The notes under the pieces were generated by a model. The model saw nothing but the letters and a program-made list of their open reading frames with translations, was not told the origin of the DNA and ran no database searches. This document shows, in pieces, positions 63,396 through 64,000 of a stretch of 64,000 nt of DNA (its first letter is position 1; the number at the start of each line of letters is the position of its first letter). The stretch comes from Abditibacterium sp. (GTDB lineage Bacteria > Armatimonadota > Abditibacteriia > Abditibacteriales > Abditibacteriaceae), in NCBI GenBank assembly GCA_965246885.1, contig OZ251992.1, forward strand, positions 576,001-640,000, written 5' to 3'. A program made the position numbers and the translations under genes.

Positions 63396-64000
63396 CTACG
63401 GCGCCCAGATCAAATCTTTGGTTTCGTCCTTCGAGCGCGCGGCGGCGTGCCCATCGACGAAACCAATTACCGTCTTGCCGTCGAAGCGGAAGTTGAGCGC
63501 GTCGCTTTGGGGCGCGGTGCCGTCGTAAAACAGGACGGTGTGGCTAACGTCGTTGAGCTTGGCTTGCGAGACGCCCGCCAAGTGGTCGTTGAAGTGCCAC
63601 TTCTCCCCGGTCGTTCCGATGATGGTGTAGAGGGTGTCATCCTTCAGGTAGGGCCGCAGGGCGCGCTCGTGTCCGGCGTCGTCAAAGGCGAACGTCTCGT
63701 CGTAGTCTTGCACGAACTGTAACACGCCCAAAGCCAGCTGCTTGAGTTGCGATTCGGCCCGCTCCTGCCGGAGGAGAACTCCTAAGCGCGGGTCGTGAGT
63801 TGCCACCGCCGCCGCGAGCAGGAGTGACGGCGTTTGGTCGAGGGGTTTGGCCAGCACGTCATCAATAGGCGGGGGCACGATGCGCCAAGTGTCTTTGCCA
63901 AAGACGGGGATGTTGCTGTGATCTAAGCGTAAGTGCAGTGTTTGGCTGTCGTCGCGGCGTTCTTTTGTTTCTGGTTGGGCGCCGTGATAAACAGTCTCCA
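63396..64000 (-). CDS. Protein with C-terminal DUF1559-like domain (5' end outside window)
   Basis: 'SQLKQLALGVLQFVQDYDE', 'GFVDGHA'; the frame stays open to the window edge. Confidence 0.7.
   Translation of the reverse strand, partial: ETVYHGAQPETKERRDDSQTLHLRLDHSNIPVFGKDTWRIVPPPIDDVLAKPLDQTPSLLLAAAVATHDPRLGVLLRQERAESQLKQLALGVLQFVQDYDETFAFDDAGHERALRPYLKDDTLYTIIGTTGEKWHFNDHLAGVSQAKLNDVSHTVLFYDGTAPQSDALNFRFDGKTVIGFVDGHAAARSKDETKDLIWAP

Noticed and set aside
1..64000. tRNA, rRNA, prophage or integrase genes; numerous long alternative-frame ORFs
   Set aside because: No cloverleaf, rRNA or phage motifs were seen by eye. The alternative-frame ORFs are expected in high-GC DNA and overlap well-supported genes.

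Overview
GC-rich bacterial chromosomal segment. An Armatimonadota/Abditibacterium-like origin is an inference from the repeated prepilin-type DUF1559 genes, GntR-LacI hybrid regulator and gene style. From left to right the window holds: a partial WecA/TagO-type transferase; a truncated division cluster (ftsQ, DUF881, sbp, ftsA, no ftsZ); a DUF4129-DUF4350-MoxR operon; cdsA, a HAD-IIA hydrolase, a GNAT and an alpha-glucan phosphorylase. Next is a transporter-free glycan-degradation region (GH44, two GH5 paralogs with an unassigned ~104-aa repeat module, GH2, two sugar-type regulators, a large propeller/discoidin/FN3 protein) interleaved with three DUF1559 pilin-like genes that share a promoter motif. 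After that come ppk1, two-component genes, rpsF-ssb-rpsR and assorted housekeeping enzymes. The most novel-looking unit is a compact six-gene minus-strand operon at 54.8-62.6 kb: a coiled-coil protein, a half-degenerate ClpB-like AAA+ ATPase, an activase-type radical SAM protein with no glycyl-radical partner, a Zn-ribbon-FHA protein, a membrane Ser/Thr kinase and a small membrane protein. Intergenic DNA carries many long palindromic REP-like elements and a dispersed set of 21-nt-period repeats. I found no CRISPR array, tRNA, rRNA or transposase. All family calls are from motifs recognised by eye, not database searches.
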